A DNA stretch of 64,000 nt from Eledone cirrhosa (GCA_964016885.1 OZ024753.1:37262001-37326000), one strand, 5' to 3'; positions 30,204-45,048 are shown, counted from the stretch's first letter. A program made the numbers and translations. Notes: generated by a model from the sequence alone, not told the origin.

Positions 30204-32385
30204 GCAAACTGGGAAGCGATCAGTCATGATCTTGCACATGTCGACTGGTCCTTCACGCACACTCATACACCCACTAACATCAAAAAGTCCTGGCAGACAT
30301 TTGTGGACACTGTTACAAACATATGTGCAACACACACCCCATTAAGAACTATAAACAAATCTAAGAGCAGAATCCCTAGAAATAGAAAAACGCTCATCAG
30401 AAAAATTAAGAGAACGAACAAAAAATCAACAAGCTGAAATACTGTCAGCAGCAACACATCAACTTGACTGCCATTTCATCACTAGAGATTAAAAAACATA
30501 ACCTCCAAAACAACATAATGTCCCTCATCAACAATCAGAGAAGAGCTGAAGAGGCCTGGGCCATTGAGAAGATCAAACTCAATCCCAAAGTGTTCTTTTC
30601 ATTTGCAAAAAAACACAAAATCACTGGCTCTACTGTTGGCCCTCTAATTGATGAAAATGGCACTCTTCAAGACAATGCTAAAACCATGGGTGAGATACTG
30701 CAGAAACAATACTGCTCTGTTTTCAGCAATCCTGATATGGCCGATCTGGGCTGTATCGGCGATGTTACTCCCCATTACACCTTATCGGACATAACGTTTG
30801 GCGCCCCTGATGTCTTAGCGGCAATAAAGGAAATCAAGCATAATTCAGCAGTAGGTCCCGATAGGTTCCCTGCTTGTGTCTTGAAGGCGTGTCAACACCA
30901 ACTTGCATCTCCTCTTGCCAATCTGTGGCGGAACTCACTGGATGCTGGATATGTGCCAGAAAACCTTCTATCCCAGTCTGTTGTCCCAGTTTTCAAAAAG
31001 GGAAACAAATCCCTTGCCGTGAATTACCGTCCAATCTCACTCACCTCTCATATCATTAAGGTATTTGAGAGAGTGGTGAGATCGCGAATGACCCACTTCC
31101 TTGAGAGTAACAATATGCTGAACTCCAACCAGCATGGATTCCGTAATGGAACGGATTGCCTGACGCAGCTACTGCATCACTTTGATGACATTTTGAGAGC
31201 CTTGGGAGAGGATTCCAACACTGATGTTATCTACCTTGATTTCAGCAAGGCCTTTGACAGGGTTGATCATAACATTCTACTGAGAAAGCTGTCCAATATT
31301 GGTGTCACTGGAAAGCTGCTGCAGTGGATCAAGAGCTTCCTGTCAAATAGAACCCAACATGTTGTAGTTGAAGGAGTCAAATCCAGCCCAGCCAAAGTCA
31401 GTAGTGGGGTCCCACAAGGCACTGTGTTGGGCCCACTTCTCTTCATCATCTATATTAATGACATCACTGACATCATCAAATACAGCAACATTAAAATTTT
31501 CGCTGATGATTCCAAGCTCCAAAAGGTCATCAATGGCGTGGATGACCGGATAAGCCTTCAGTCAGACCTACTGGCTGTTACCCAATGGGCGGAAAAGAAC
31601 AACATGTTACTGAACGAAGACAAATTCGAACTGATCCACTTTGGAAAAGAGGATGCTCTGAAACTCCCGTACTCCCTTCCCTCCGGGGAAACTCTCGTGG
31701 CATCTAACAACATCAGAGACTTGGGAGTAACCGTGGACAGCAACATAAGCTGGGCCACGCATATAAGCAGCAAAGTTGACATGGCCGCAGAATGTGTTCC
31801 TGGATCCTCAGAACCTTCCAGTCGAGAGATTCCCACACCATTATCCTTCTCTTCTCTACTTTTGCCCGACCACACCTTGAATACTGTTGTCCACTGTGGT
31901 CTCCCCACACGAAACAAAGTATCATGAAACTTGAAGCTCCTCAAAGGGCAATCACGAAAAAGATAGATGGTATGTCAGACCTTGACTACTGGGGTCGACT
32001 AGAAAAGCTGAAACTTTACTCACTCCAACGTCGCCGTGAGCGTTATATTATCTGCATGATGTGGAAAATGTTCCATCATCACTGCCCAAATGATGTTGGC
32101 ATCGCCTTCAAGATACACCCAAGGCTTGGGCCCCGTGCTATCCGTCCCATTCAAAAATCTAAATCGCAACTCATAACAACAATACGGCACAATTATTTCA
32201 CCTCAATCGGCCCTGCTCTCTTCAACATCACACCAGGACACGTCAAAACAGAAACTGACCACACAAAATTCAAGAAGTCTTTGGACAAATTCCTCCAAGT
32301 AATCCCGGACAAACCACCCACACCCGGATATGTCTCCGCAAACAGTAATTCTCTTCTCGAATGGGCCATGGTGCCCAAATCCTGA
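30204..32385 (+). pseudogene. LINE ORF2 reverse transcriptase with frameshifts near 30425 and 31788
   Basis: ANWEAI..., NYRPISLTS, QHGFR, YLDFSKAFDRVDH, GVPQGTVLGPLLFIIYIND, FADD, then in the next frame RPHLEYC..WSP, YWGRLEKLKLYSLQRRRERY, FKKSLD. Confidence 0.93.
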
Positions 32386-32460
32386 ATTGAAAGACTTCGC
32401 CAGGTGGTGCTATTAAGTTAGACATGGCCTGGGCCAATACTGGCCAAAACATTTCAAAGT
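30204..32460 (+). mobile_element. 5'-truncated CR1-group LINE inserted in (TA)n
   Basis: RT ORF plus a short hairpin-containing 3' UTR; no APE domain in the retained portion. Confidence 0.92.
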
Positions 32461-32540
32461 TATTTATATGTGTGTATATGTATGTATATATATATATATA
32501 TATATACATATGTATATATATATATACATATGTATATGTG

Positions 32541-32602
<62 letters not shown>

Positions 32603-32706
32603 TTATATGTGTGTGTGTGTGTATGTATGTATATATGTATATATATACATATGTATATGTATATGTATGTATATATATATATATTATATATATTTATATA
32701 TTTATA

Positions 32707-32746
<40 letters not shown>

Positions 32747-33554
32747 TATATATATATATATAGTGAGCAGGATCGGGAGAGAGAGAGATAGAGGGAGGGA
32801 GGGAGAAAGAGAGTGAGATGCTTCTTAAGGCATACATAAACACATAAAAATATTTCGTGGAAGGCACAAGATTCAAAAGATTGTATCCATATTTGTAAAG
32901 TTTGTCATTCCTGCAGCCGACACTAATGACAGTCAGTTTGAAAGACCGTGATAATCCATTAGGAGTCGGCTGACAAAGTACAACATGTCATCTGAGGTGG
33001 CCTTTAACGTTGATGTTCTTTGGAAATGTCTCGCCTTTTTAGCTTGATTTCAACGAAGCAACACAAAGACTCTATAATTATTCTTTGTCTTCATGTTTCT
33101 CCAGCAATTTTGACCTTACTGGGAATAATTGCTACTTTATTTATTCATTCTCTCTCACTCTTTCTCTCTCCCATTCTCTCATTCTCTCTCCCTTTCTTTC
33201 TTTCTCTCCTACACTCTTTCCCTCTCTCACAGTCTCTCCTTCTCCGTGTGTCTCTGTTTACGTTAATACGCTCTAAGAAACAGTACTTGCAATCTCATTA
33301 GAATGATTACGTGACACATGAAGCTTAAATTTCCCCAACATTTTATCGAAGTCAGCGGCACCCCTTCTTCACCCTATCTCCACCATCTCAATCTTCTTTT
33401 AATGTTTAGTGAATGAGGGCAGAAGAAAATGCAAATTACGTCTCACACCTATGTTAGTTTAGCTGGCCTCCTACGTGGTTGCATCTCATAGGTGGTTTCT
33501 CTGCTGTTTTAAAGATGGTGGTGGGGCCATTCTTGCATGAAAAGCATCTTAAAA

Positions 33555-33656
33555 TGAAATTTCTTCCTCAAGAGCATAATGCGTCGCTCGCTCCAGGAAT
33601 CAAACCCACGACTTTATAATCGTGAGTCCAGCATTCCATCCAGTTGGCTACACGCC
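33555..33656 (-). mobile_element. SINE S2 head, degenerate
   Basis: tccaggaatcaaacccacgac...ggctacacgcc parallels 34955-35020. Confidence 0.6.
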
Positions 33657-33929
33657 AAGGGAAATAAGAGCAGTGCCATGAATATTTCGAGGGCCCCCGA
33701 ACCTGGCTGGAATACTTACCACAGATTGGATTTTGCTAAAGGTATCCAAGGGACTGGTGATATTTCCAGTCAGAGTAGAGTAGGCTTCTCTCTACGACTT
33801 TCCAGGGCCTCTGTGATTAGTCGGAGGATCGGAAAGAGGTAAGATCTACACCAATTTTCAATTCGTATTTCAAAAAATTAGTTGCTCTCGTTAAAGAGAT
33901 TTTAGGAGACTATAGGGATTAAAAAATAA

Positions 33930-33978
<49 letters not shown>

Positions 33979-34488
33979 AACCATCTAGATTCTGTTGAAT
34001 ATTTTTAAACAGATAATTCTTTGGTCAAATCTTCCCAAGATATTTCGCTATCTGCTTTATCAATTAACCGCCTGCCAGATATTTTTAACTATATATTTTT
34101 TTAAGGAATTATAAAAACCCCAACAACAACAACAACTGCCGTAGACATTAATGTTTTACAGTAATTCCTGTTTAACGTGTCGTAAACCGGTATTTGTAGC
34201 AAAGAAATGATGTCTAAACACCTAAGGGTATTTTAGATTTATTTATAAATCTCATTTATGTGCGCACGTGATGGACGAAATGGCGTATTTTTGTTTAGAA
34301 ATGATGTCTAGATTGGAAAATCTGTATTTTCAATTTGGTAACCTTCTAGAAGTTGTAATTGGCCAATAAATCAACAGCAGGCTTTAATGTGTGTTTGCTT
34401 TGTAAAACATAGACAGATAAATATATCAATTAAAAAACAGTAAGATTTCTACGAAGGTCAGTAACCTCTTGGCAATGTGAAATAATAG

Positions 34489-34696
34489 TCTCTGATTTAG
34501 GCACAAGGTCAACAATTTGGGGGGGGGGGGAGGAGGAAGTCGATTAAATCGATCCCAGTGCATTACATGTGCTTTATTTTATCGACCCCGTAAGGATGAA
34601 AGGCAAAGTTGACCTCGGCGGGTTTTGAACTCAGAACGTAAAGAGGTGTAACAATATGCCACAAAGTATGTTATCCGACGCTCTACCGATACTGCT
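34489..34696 (-). mobile_element. SINE S1, long variant
   Basis: Central core and promoter boxes present. Confidence 0.85.
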
Positions 34697-34904
34697 GCCC
34701 CATAATAATTCTTTCTAATATTGGCACAAGGACAGCTGGTGCCCAATGATGATGATGATGAAATCTAATGTTTTATTTTTTTTCATATTATGTATATATA
34801 TTAAAGGAACGATCGACTTTCGTCAAATCGGACCGAGGGAACAATGTTTCCGTTAGTCTTTCCAATTGCTAATACTATCTATCGGTCGCAACTCCAGGTA
34901 GAAG

Positions 34905-35020
34905 GAGCAACGTGAAATAAAGTGTCTTGCTCGAGGACATAACACATCGCCTGGTCCAGGAATCGAACTCACAACGTTACGATTGTGAATCCAATTCCCT
35001 AACCACTCAGCCACACGCCT
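34905..35020 (-). mobile_element. SINE S2: tRNA-like head plus CORE-like segment
   Basis: Minus: A box TGGCTGAGTGG, B box GAGTTCGATTCC, then tgtcctcgagcaagacacttta. Confidence 0.8.
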
Positions 35021-35409
35021 TGTATATATATGTATATATATGTATATATATATATATATGTATATATATAGGTTTCTATCTGACAAAATGATTAATAGAT
35101 ACAATATATGTGGCAATATATATAACAATAAAATTCAACAAGCCGAAGATTATATCAACAAAGTCGTTGTTTTATCGTCTTCAGAAGGATGGAGGGCAAT
35201 ATCAACCTGGGCGGCATTTAAACGTAAAGGACCAGAACCAAATACCAGACGGGTTTGTCTCACTTTCTTGTGAATAACTGCCATCTACCGTCACATAAGT
35301 GTATTTGCATACACACAAATACGTACACACATACTTCTATCTATCTGTCTGCCTGTCTGTCTATTTCTTATTATATATGTATATATATATAATGTATATA
35401 TATAATATA

Positions 35410-35599
35410 GGGCGGTGGATTGGCAGTATCAGTAGAGGGCCGGACGCCATGCTTTACAGCATAGTTACGTCCCTTTACGATCTGAGTTCAAATCCCGCCG
35501 AGGTTGACTTTGCCTTTCATCCTTACGGGGTCGATAAAATAAAGTACCAGTAATGCACTGGGTAATTGCTGGCCTTGTGCCTAAAGTAGAAACAATTAT
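35410..35599 (+). mobile_element. SINE S1, full length
   Basis: A and B boxes, central core and tail present. Confidence 0.92.
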
Positions 35600-35613
35600 A
35601 TATATAAATATAC

Positions 35614-35689
<76 letters not shown>

Positions 35690-36061
35690 TGTAAGGTGGT
35701 TCAGTAGATTCGTGGTTTACTGAGGCGGGGACTAAAATCAGCACTCTATGTTAGGGCAGAGTGTATATATTGAAAAAAAAAGCGAGGTTTCACATTAAGG
35801 TCTTTATTGATTATACATAGTTACGACGTTTGACAGATGGGTGGCTGTGTTGTTCTCTTCTAAGACTGTTACGGTGTGATTTGAGGGAGATTTGGTCGTT
35901 ATTTCTAACATGTCAAGTCGGGCAGTCATTCTGGGGCTCCTCAACGGCTCTTTAGATGTGAAGATACTAATTGATATAACATTTTATAAAATGTCTTAGG
36001 AGGGATTTTTGTATATAGTAACATATCGCAATCGTTAACTTAATATATAAATAACGTTAGA

Positions 36062-36475
36062 GTAAATATAAGTATGTATACGTACATACATATATGTATA
36101 CAGACGTACAGTAGTATGTATATATATATATATATACATACATGCACACATATATATATGTACGTATGGATTCACCAAACATTTATTATAATGCTCGGTG
36201 TGTTTGTAAACAAACATCCCGTATAAAGCCGCAGTGTCTAGCAACCACCGTTGCTCGTTTGTTCAACACTGACAAAGGAACGCTGTACTAGTTTCAAGCT
36301 TGTTAGCTATCGTCAGCAACGTATACCTTCTTGCCAGATTGTTGATCGTCCGAAAGTATATACTTTCCTTATGCATATTAACGGCTGAGCAGCCCAATTT
36401 GCATATCGAGTGGGTTAATCGGCCGGGAGCACCGTACTAAGAGTGGGAAATGAAATTTCGTTTCATTTTTTCCGT
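36062..36475. mobile_element. Family F copy: sense 3' tail (36432-36475, +) with inverted body
   Basis: Body matches 15620-16010; the terminus is in the opposite orientation. Confidence 0.85.
36280..36322 (-). ncRNA. Minimal type-I hammerhead ribozyme (family F)
   Basis: Minus: acgttg CTGACGA t agct-aaca-agct t GAAA ctag TA cagcgt. Confidence 0.85.
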
Positions 36476-36699
36476 TTAACGTTAGAGTAAGTTATCGTTC
36501 TGTACAATAACAATGTGAATTTTAAATACTACAGAAATATTTATTTGTGAGAGCAGAAAAGAAACATTTCAGCTCAAATAACAGAACATTGAAGTCCTTT
36601 CAGTTATAGAAACGAATAAAAAGAAATGTGTTATGAGACATCAAATATGCGAATTATTGTACTACCCGGGTTGGAATTTTATATTAATTATTTTTTTAT

Positions 36700-36851
36700 T
36701 TTTTTCAAAATTTACTAACTTAAAAAGGTGGGGGGGGGGGGGTCCACGACATGAAAGCACTCTCGACGCTGAGATTTTTTTTTTTTTTTCAAAATTTAAT
36801 AACTTAAAATGGGGGTGAGTCCACGAGGTGGAAGTACCCTCGACGCTGAGA
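36700..36851. repeat. Imperfect tandem duplication of about 78 bp
   Basis: ttttcaaaattta.taacttaaaa...gtccacga...ctcgacgctgaga occurs twice. Confidence 0.75.
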
Positions 36852-37692
36852 AATATGTTAACATACTTCTAATAATACAACTTCTGTCCACTCGACAAAG
36901 GAATCTGTACATAGCAAGACTAATATAATTTGAAAGATATTTTTTCTCTCCAGAGCTGAAACACTTTAGCCTAGAGCGATTTCTGACATGGAAATGATCC
37001 CACAACAAATTCATAACACGTACGTACATATACACATATGTATGTATGTTCATATGTATGAATATATGTGTATATGTATGTATTTATATATATAGCCTAA
37101 AGACCTGTCTTGCACATAATTTTTTTAAAATATCTATATTAATGAATCATAAATGTTTAGTCTGTTTGCATACGAGCACGCCACATACAAAAACATGCCC
37201 TAAATAGACATTCATTCATTCATACATCCATATATATGTATGTGTGAATGTGTGTGTATGTGTGTGTGTGTATTAAACTTAAGTCAAATCTCAATTTGAG
37301 GGACATAAACATATATATATATATATATTTATTTATATAATATCCGTGTGTGTGAGCGCATGCTAGCGTGTATGTAAAATGTCTCTTTTTGTGTGTTTAT
37401 GTGAAACATACTCTATCGTTTCTTGTATGTGTGACAAAATTGTTGACTGTAAATTGATTGATCGAAAGCCACATGTTTTAAAACAGATCTCATCAGTCAT
37501 CTCTACATATTTATCAATCTATTGATTATTAAATCTATGCAAATATAAAACTAATCAATCATTTAATAAAAATATGATTTCAGTTAGTTATGACTATCAG
37601 ATTTTTGTCCACACTCTTGTGACCTGTACAACGATTTTTAATTAGAGAGTATATGCATGTGTTTGATCTCCGTCGGTTACAACGATGAATGC

Positions 37693-38008
37693 TTTCTTCT
37701 TCTTCTTCTTCTTCTTCTTCTTCTTCTTCTTCTTCTTCTTCTTCTTCTTCTTCTTCTTCTTCTTCTTTTTCTTTTTCTTTTTCTTTTTCTTCTTCTTTTT
37801 CTTCTTCTTCTTCTTCTTTTTCTTTTTCTTTTTCTTTTTATTTTTATTTTTATTTTTATTTTTATTTTTATTTTTATTTTTATTTTTATTTTTATTTTTA
37901 TTTTTATTTTTATTTTTATTTTTATTTTTATTTTTATTTTTATTTTCTTCTTCATCATCTTCATCTTCTTCTTCTTCTTCTTCTTCTTCTTCTTCTTCTT
38001 CTTCTTCT
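37693..38008. repeat. Compound (CTT)n/(CTTTTT)n/(ATTTTT)n microsatellite
   Basis: Direct inspection. Confidence 0.95.
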
Positions 38009-38009
38009 A

Positions 38010-38203
38010 GGGTGATGGATTGGCAGTATTATTAGATAGTCGGATATACAGTTACAGCCCTTTACATTCTGAGTTCAAATCCCGCTGCAGTTAGCTTTGC
38101 CTTTCATCCTTAAGGGGTCAATAAAATAAAGCACCAGTATCGTACTGGGGTCAATTTAATCGATTTTCCCCTCCTTTAAAATTGCTAGCCTTGTGCCTAA
38201 ATC
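38010..38203 (+). mobile_element. SINE S1 ending at the assembly gap
   Basis: Promoter boxes and central core present. Confidence 0.85.
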
Positions 38204-38403
38204 NNNNNNNNNNNNNNNNNNNNNNNNNNNNNNNNNNNNNNNNNNNNNNNNNNNNNNNNNNNNNNNNNNNNNNNNNNNNNNNNNNNNNNNNNNNNNNNNN
38301 NNNNNNNNNNNNNNNNNNNNNNNNNNNNNNNNNNNNNNNNNNNNNNNNNNNNNNNNNNNNNNNNNNNNNNNNNNNNNNNNNNNNNNNNNNNNNNNNNNNN
38401 NNN
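38204..38403. other. Assembly gap (200 N)
   Basis: Run of N. Confidence 1.
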
Positions 38404-38448
38404 GAGTGGTGAGTGTATATGAAGGAGGAGTGGAGAGAAAGAACTGCA

Positions 38449-38910
38449 GGAATGACGGAAGAGAGAACGAAAGCATGGAATGAAGGAATGGAGGTTAGAA
38501 GGAATGAAGGGAAGAGAGAACGAAAAGCATGGAATGAAGGAATGGAGGTGAAGGAATGAAGGGAAGAGAGAACGAAAGCATATGAATGAAGGAATGGAGG
38601 TTGAAGGAATGAAGGGAAGAGAGAACGAAAGCATAGAATGAAGGAATGGAGGTTGAAGGAATGAAGGGAAGAGAGAACGAAAGCATAGAATGAAGGAATG
38701 GAGGTTGAAGGAATGAAGGGAAGAGAGAACGAAAAGCATAGAATGAAGGAATGGAGGTTGAAGGGAAGAGAGAACGAAAGCATGAATGAAGGAATGGAGG
38801 TTGAAGGAATGAAGGGAAGAGAGAACGAAAGCATGGAATGAAGGAATGGAGGTTGAAGGAATGAAGGGAAGAGAGAACGAAAGCATGGAATGAAGGAATG
38901 GGGGGGTGAA
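38449..38910. repeat. Purine-rich minisatellite of about 52 bp, about 9 copies
   Basis: Unit gagagaacgaaagcatggaatgaaggaatggaggttgaaggaatgaagggaa. Confidence 0.92.
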
Positions 38911-39637
38911 GGAATAAAAGATGAAGGTTGGAGACTGCTACGAATGTTGACCTTTTTAGATTAAGTTGGTGCCAATATCGTACAACCAAGCCCGGCTTAT
39001 GTCTAGGAAACGAATTAGGTGCAAGATAAGGAATTGCCGGATGAGATAGAACCATTGGCTATCGGAATTGGCTTGCGCTAGAGGTGTGGTTGAAAGATAC
39101 AGGGTTCAGATTTGTTAGTCAGCAGCTAGACTCTAACGACGCCCTTTCACTACATATTTTTAGATAATTCAAGATAATTCACCTAACTTCTCTCACTCCA
39201 GTCACAGAGTTCCTTCTTGTATTTAAACTACATGACCTACAAGAGAACAAACCTCTACGTGTTTGTTCGACCAGCTAGAAATAGCAGCTAGAACTTCTTT
39301 AAATCATAGATTACACGTCTTTAAACTGAAAGGACTCAACTCATGAATTAATATAGTTCTAGATACCCCACATTAGGATAGGGTAGTCACGACTTGGAAA
39401 CTTCTGATTATATTTCTATTTGATCTGTGTTAATTTGCAGGCAAATAGAGACGAAATTGGCCACACGCAAGAATGATCCCCTTGGGTTGGGTTAATTCTT
39501 TCAGTGTATCACCCTGGTTATCCACTGGGTCAGACATTTGCGATCATGTCAATAAGATATGGAGATATGGTAAAAAATAATATTGCAGTCATTTCGATGT
39601 CAGAGTTTATATATATATTATTATATATATATATATA

Positions 39638-39801
39638 GGAACCAGTAAGACCCCGACAGCTGAGCTCGAGCCGTTCGACGTCGAAACGGCTCGAGCTCAG
39701 CTGTCGGGGTCTTACTGGTTCCTATTACCCACTCTACTACCTCAAGTATCGAGTACTTTGGTGCGTTATGGTCCACCTGGTTCCTTACCACATTTCCTTC
39801 G

Positions 39802-39803
<2 letters not shown>
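39638..39803 (+). mobile_element. Fold-back family A, copy 3
   Basis: Palindrome centred on gacgtc with the same tail as copies 1 and 2; flanked by (TA)n. Confidence 0.85.
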
Positions 39804-39873
<70 letters not shown>

Positions 39874-40000
39874 ATGTAAATATATATATATATGTTATAT
39901 ATGTATATATATGTATATGTATATATATATGTGTATATATATATATGTGTATATTATATATATATATACATGTGTATGTGTGTGTGTGTATATATGTGTA

Positions 40001-40058
<58 letters not shown>

Positions 40059-40072
40059 TATATATATATAAC

Positions 40073-40135
<63 letters not shown>

Positions 40136-40163
40136 TGTATATATATGTATATATATATATATC

Positions 40164-40195
<32 letters not shown>

Positions 40196-40214
40196 TATGT
40201 ATATATATATATAC

Positions 40215-40259
<45 letters not shown>

Positions 40260-40639
40260 TATGTATATATACATATATACATACATATATATATATACAT
40301 ATATATATATATAGATATATATATACATATATATATATAGGTCTCGTGTTGGGTACAAGAAATACAAACTCTGCAATAAATAGAGGAATTTGAGACGAAT
40401 AAAACCCAGACACAAACATGCACACACACACAATTACGGATTTGCATGTATATACATACACACACACAAACTCACATACACAGAGTCATCAAAACATACA
40501 TATACACTACCATGCAGACGTACACAAAACACACATGCTTCAGCTGTCCATAGGAGGTTAAAACCGAAAGTTTTGATAGCTACAAGCAATGTTATGGCAT
40601 AATGCGGCAAATTTTTAGATCAAGATAAAAAGGAAAGGG

Positions 40640-40782
<143 letters not shown>

Positions 40783-40790
40783 GTATATAT

Positions 40791-40860
40791 AGTAATAATA
40801 ATAAATGTGAAGACTAAAATCCGATTCATTGCTTAAAACTTTAATCTGTTATTTTAATAT
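40791..40860. mobile_element. Family G minimal copy: terminus joined to an inverted piece
   Basis: agtaataataataaatgtgaagactaaaatc followed by cgattcattgcttaaaactttaatctgttattttaata. Confidence 0.75.
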
Positions 40861-40877
40861 ATATATATATGTGTATG

Positions 40878-40908
<31 letters not shown>

Positions 40909-40947
40909 ATGTATATATATGTATATATTATATACATATAAAACACT

Positions 40948-40991
<44 letters not shown>

Positions 40992-41145
40992 TATAAGTAT
41001 AAATATATATATATATATATATATGTATATATGTAAATATATATTTGTGTGTATATATATATGTATATATATATATATGTGTGTGTTTGTGTGTATATAT
41101 ATATGTATATATATATGTATATATATATGTATATATGTATATATT

Positions 41146-41176
<31 letters not shown>

Positions 41177-41258
41177 GTGTATATATATATATATGTATAT
41201 ATATGTATATATGTATATATATATATGTATAATATGTATATATATATATGTATACATT

Positions 41259-41289
<31 letters not shown>

Positions 41290-41356
41290 GTATTTATATC
41301 TATATATATGTATTTATATCTATATATATGTATATATATCTATATATATATATATG

Positions 41357-41388
<32 letters not shown>

Positions 41389-42318
41389 TATATGTAAATA
41401 TATGTGTATATATATATATATACAGTATATATATGAGAGAATGAGAGTAGTGGAAGAAAGAAAGAAAGAAGAAAGAAAGAAAAGAAAGAAAGAAAGAAGA
41501 AAAGAAAGAAAGAAAGAAAGAAGAAAGAAAGAAAGAAAGAAAGAAAGGAAAAAGAAAGAAGAAAAAGACAGACATGAGTAAGACAAAAAGTAAAACGAGG
41601 GCATGAAATGAGAATATAGAAAACAAATTAAAATTGAAAATATATTTGAGGAGAAATACGACTAATTATTTGTGAAATGTTTGCAAGAATTTGATAACAT
41701 AGATATACGACATGTGACTTTCTTGTTTCATATAAATCACTAACATCAACACTAGATCTATTGTTTTGAATAGGCTTGGTGATAAATAGGGTGAAGAAAG
41801 GATAAGAATTTGTTTGTACACTTACATATATGCACACATAGACATGTACACATTCACATATACATATATGTGCATGTGAGAGTGTCTGTATGTATGTGTG
41901 TATATATATATATATATGTATGTATACTTATATATAATATATTTATATATATATATATATGTATGTATGTATACTTATACGTATATGTATGTATGTATAT
42001 TTATATGTATATATATATGTGTGTATATATAATATATATGTGTGTGCATGTATACTTATACATATATGTATATATTTATATATATATATATATATTTATA
42101 TATATGTATGTATGTATACTTATACGTATATGTATGTATGTATATTTATATGTATATATATATATATGTGTATATATATATGTGTGTGTGCATGTATACT
42201 TATATATTTATGTATATATTTATATATATATATATATATTTATATGTATGTATGCATACTTATATGTATATGCATGTATGTATATGTATATGTATATATA
42301 TATGTGTGCATGTATACT

Positions 42319-42357
<39 letters not shown>

Positions 42358-42550
42358 ATGGGGGGGGGGGTGTTGGCTGCAAACTCTAAGAGTATTGCAA
42401 CCGCTTCTTAGATTACAGAAAATGATACAATTTTAGGCTACGGCCAGGCACACAAACCTGTATCATATGCCTGTGCTTTGAAGGTTTTTAAGTGGTTTAT
42501 ATATATATATATATACTGCATACATATATATATATATATAAATATATATA

Positions 42551-42694
<144 letters not shown>

Positions 42695-42728
42695 AATATA
42701 TATATATATACATATATATATATAAATA

Positions 42729-42759
<31 letters not shown>

Positions 42760-42802
42760 AATATATATAAATATATATTTATATATATTTGTATATATAA
42801 AT

Positions 42803-42954
<152 letters not shown>

Positions 42955-42982
42955 TATATATATTTATATATATATGTATATT

Positions 42983-43015
<33 letters not shown>

Positions 43016-43022
43016 GTATATT

Positions 43023-43057
<35 letters not shown>

Positions 43058-43060
43058 GTA

Positions 43061-43111
<51 letters not shown>

Positions 43112-43156
43112 GTATATTTATATATATATGTATATTTATATATATATATATATGTA

Positions 43157-43203
<47 letters not shown>

Positions 43204-43224
43204 GTATATTTATATATATATGTA

Positions 43225-43339
<115 letters not shown>

Positions 43340-43440
43340 ATCCCACACTCTCAAGCGTGAAACTAATATTAACATTTTTTACTGCTTCTTCGCTTACACT
43401 TTGTTGTTTTTTGTTTACTGTTTCAACTATAAAATTTATG

Positions 43441-43475
<35 letters not shown>

Positions 43476-43496
43476 TTATATATATATGTATATATA

Positions 43497-43639
<143 letters not shown>

Positions 43640-43658
43640 ATTTATATATATATATATT

Positions 43659-43708
<50 letters not shown>

Positions 43709-43724
43709 TATATATATATATATT

Positions 43725-43759
<35 letters not shown>

Positions 43760-43767
43760 ATATATTT

Positions 43768-43843
<76 letters not shown>

Positions 43844-43985
43844 TATATATATATATATATATTACACAAAGAGAAGTGTGTTACACAGTGAGATGTGTGT
43901 AAAGAATTATTACAAGTGAGTTTAACCGTTACTGTATGGAGAACAATAAATTAAATAGAAAAAAACTAAGTCAGAATCAAATTTC

Positions 43986-44026
43986 TGAAGTAGAGTTTTA
44001 AATTGTTAATTTAAAACTCTACTTCA
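43986..44026. repeat. Perfect hairpin, 19-bp arms and 3-nt loop
   Basis: tgaagtagagttttaaatt gtt aatttaaaactctacttca. Confidence 0.85.
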
Positions 44027-44050
44027 TTTCTTAGATTCATTTCTGCATAT

Positions 44051-44440
44051 CAACATCATCAGGTCGAGCTTGCTCGGCTTTCTACGACACGTTTCCTCCA
44101 TCCATCTCTGTCTCTCATAGCGTTTGCCAGTTCTTCCGCAGTGCATCCAGTATCGTCCTCAAGTTGCTTGACGTATGTCTTCTTGGGACAACCAGCGATT
44201 CCTGCTCCATGAGATGGACTCCATAACAACACATCACCTGCTATTTCTTCCTTGCTGCGCCAACAGTGGCCAGCAAATCTGAGTCTCTGTCCACGTATTG
44301 ACCTGCTGATAGGTGGTATATTGCCATAGAGATCCTTATTTGTTGGACGCTAATGTCGAAACTGGAGAAAACGCTAGACGGGACATACACACGTATGCTC
44401 CGCGCTGCTTTAAACGTGTCTTGGAGGGAACACCCAACAA
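44051..44440 (-). mobile_element. RTE-clade LINE 3' end with 5' inversion and 12-bp TSD
   Basis: Minus 44346-44059: PTNKDLYGNIPP...QRLRFAGHCWRSKEE...LLWSPSHG...CPKKTYVKQLEDD...DRDGWRKRV...*. Plus 44341-44442: CWTLMSKLEKTLDGTYTRMLRAALNVSWREHPTN. TSD atttctgcatat at 44039-44050 and 44441-44452. Confidence 0.92.
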
Positions 44441-44487
44441 ATTTCTGCATATGCTTCAGTGAAAGCATATTATATATACATATATAA

Positions 44488-44756
44488 ATGGAATAGAATG
44501 AAACGAAATTTCATTTCTCACTCTTATTACGGCACTTACTTAAATGTCAGTGTTGAACAAAAAGGTGACGTGGTTGCATAAACACTGTACGGCGTAATTC
44601 GGGCTGTTTGTTTGTTTACAAACAAACAAACCAAGCATTATAATAAATGTTCGGTAAACCGATACGTGCATATATATATATGTGTGCATGTGTGTATATA
44701 TATACATACTACTGTACGTCTGTATACATATATGTATGTACGTATACATACATACT

Positions 44757-44757
<1 letters not shown>
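44488..44757. mobile_element. Family F copy with internal inversion at about 44548
   Basis: Terminus oriented as at 15557, then body in the opposite orientation. Confidence 0.85.
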
Positions 44758-44793
<36 letters not shown>

Positions 44794-44862
44794 CATTATA
44801 AAGAAAGAAGAAACATTAGATATAATTAATAAGATATACTATACCCCAATTTGTCCATTATA

Positions 44863-44940
<78 letters not shown>

Positions 44941-45048
44941 TAAACGGAATAGAAAATGCTGACAAATTGTTCACAGTGAAAAATAGTTTAATTAGGAATA
45001 AATGAGAATTAGTAATTGTATTGGTTAGTATTCAGTTTTGGTTCTAAG

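Noticed and set aside
34950-35020. Possible tRNA gene
   Set aside because: A and B boxes run straight into a SINE body with no convincing acceptor stem; treated as a SINE head.
38449-38910. CRISPR-like array (also considered for the 24-bp and 133-bp repeats)
   Set aside because: No unique spacers, no cas genes and a eukaryotic context.
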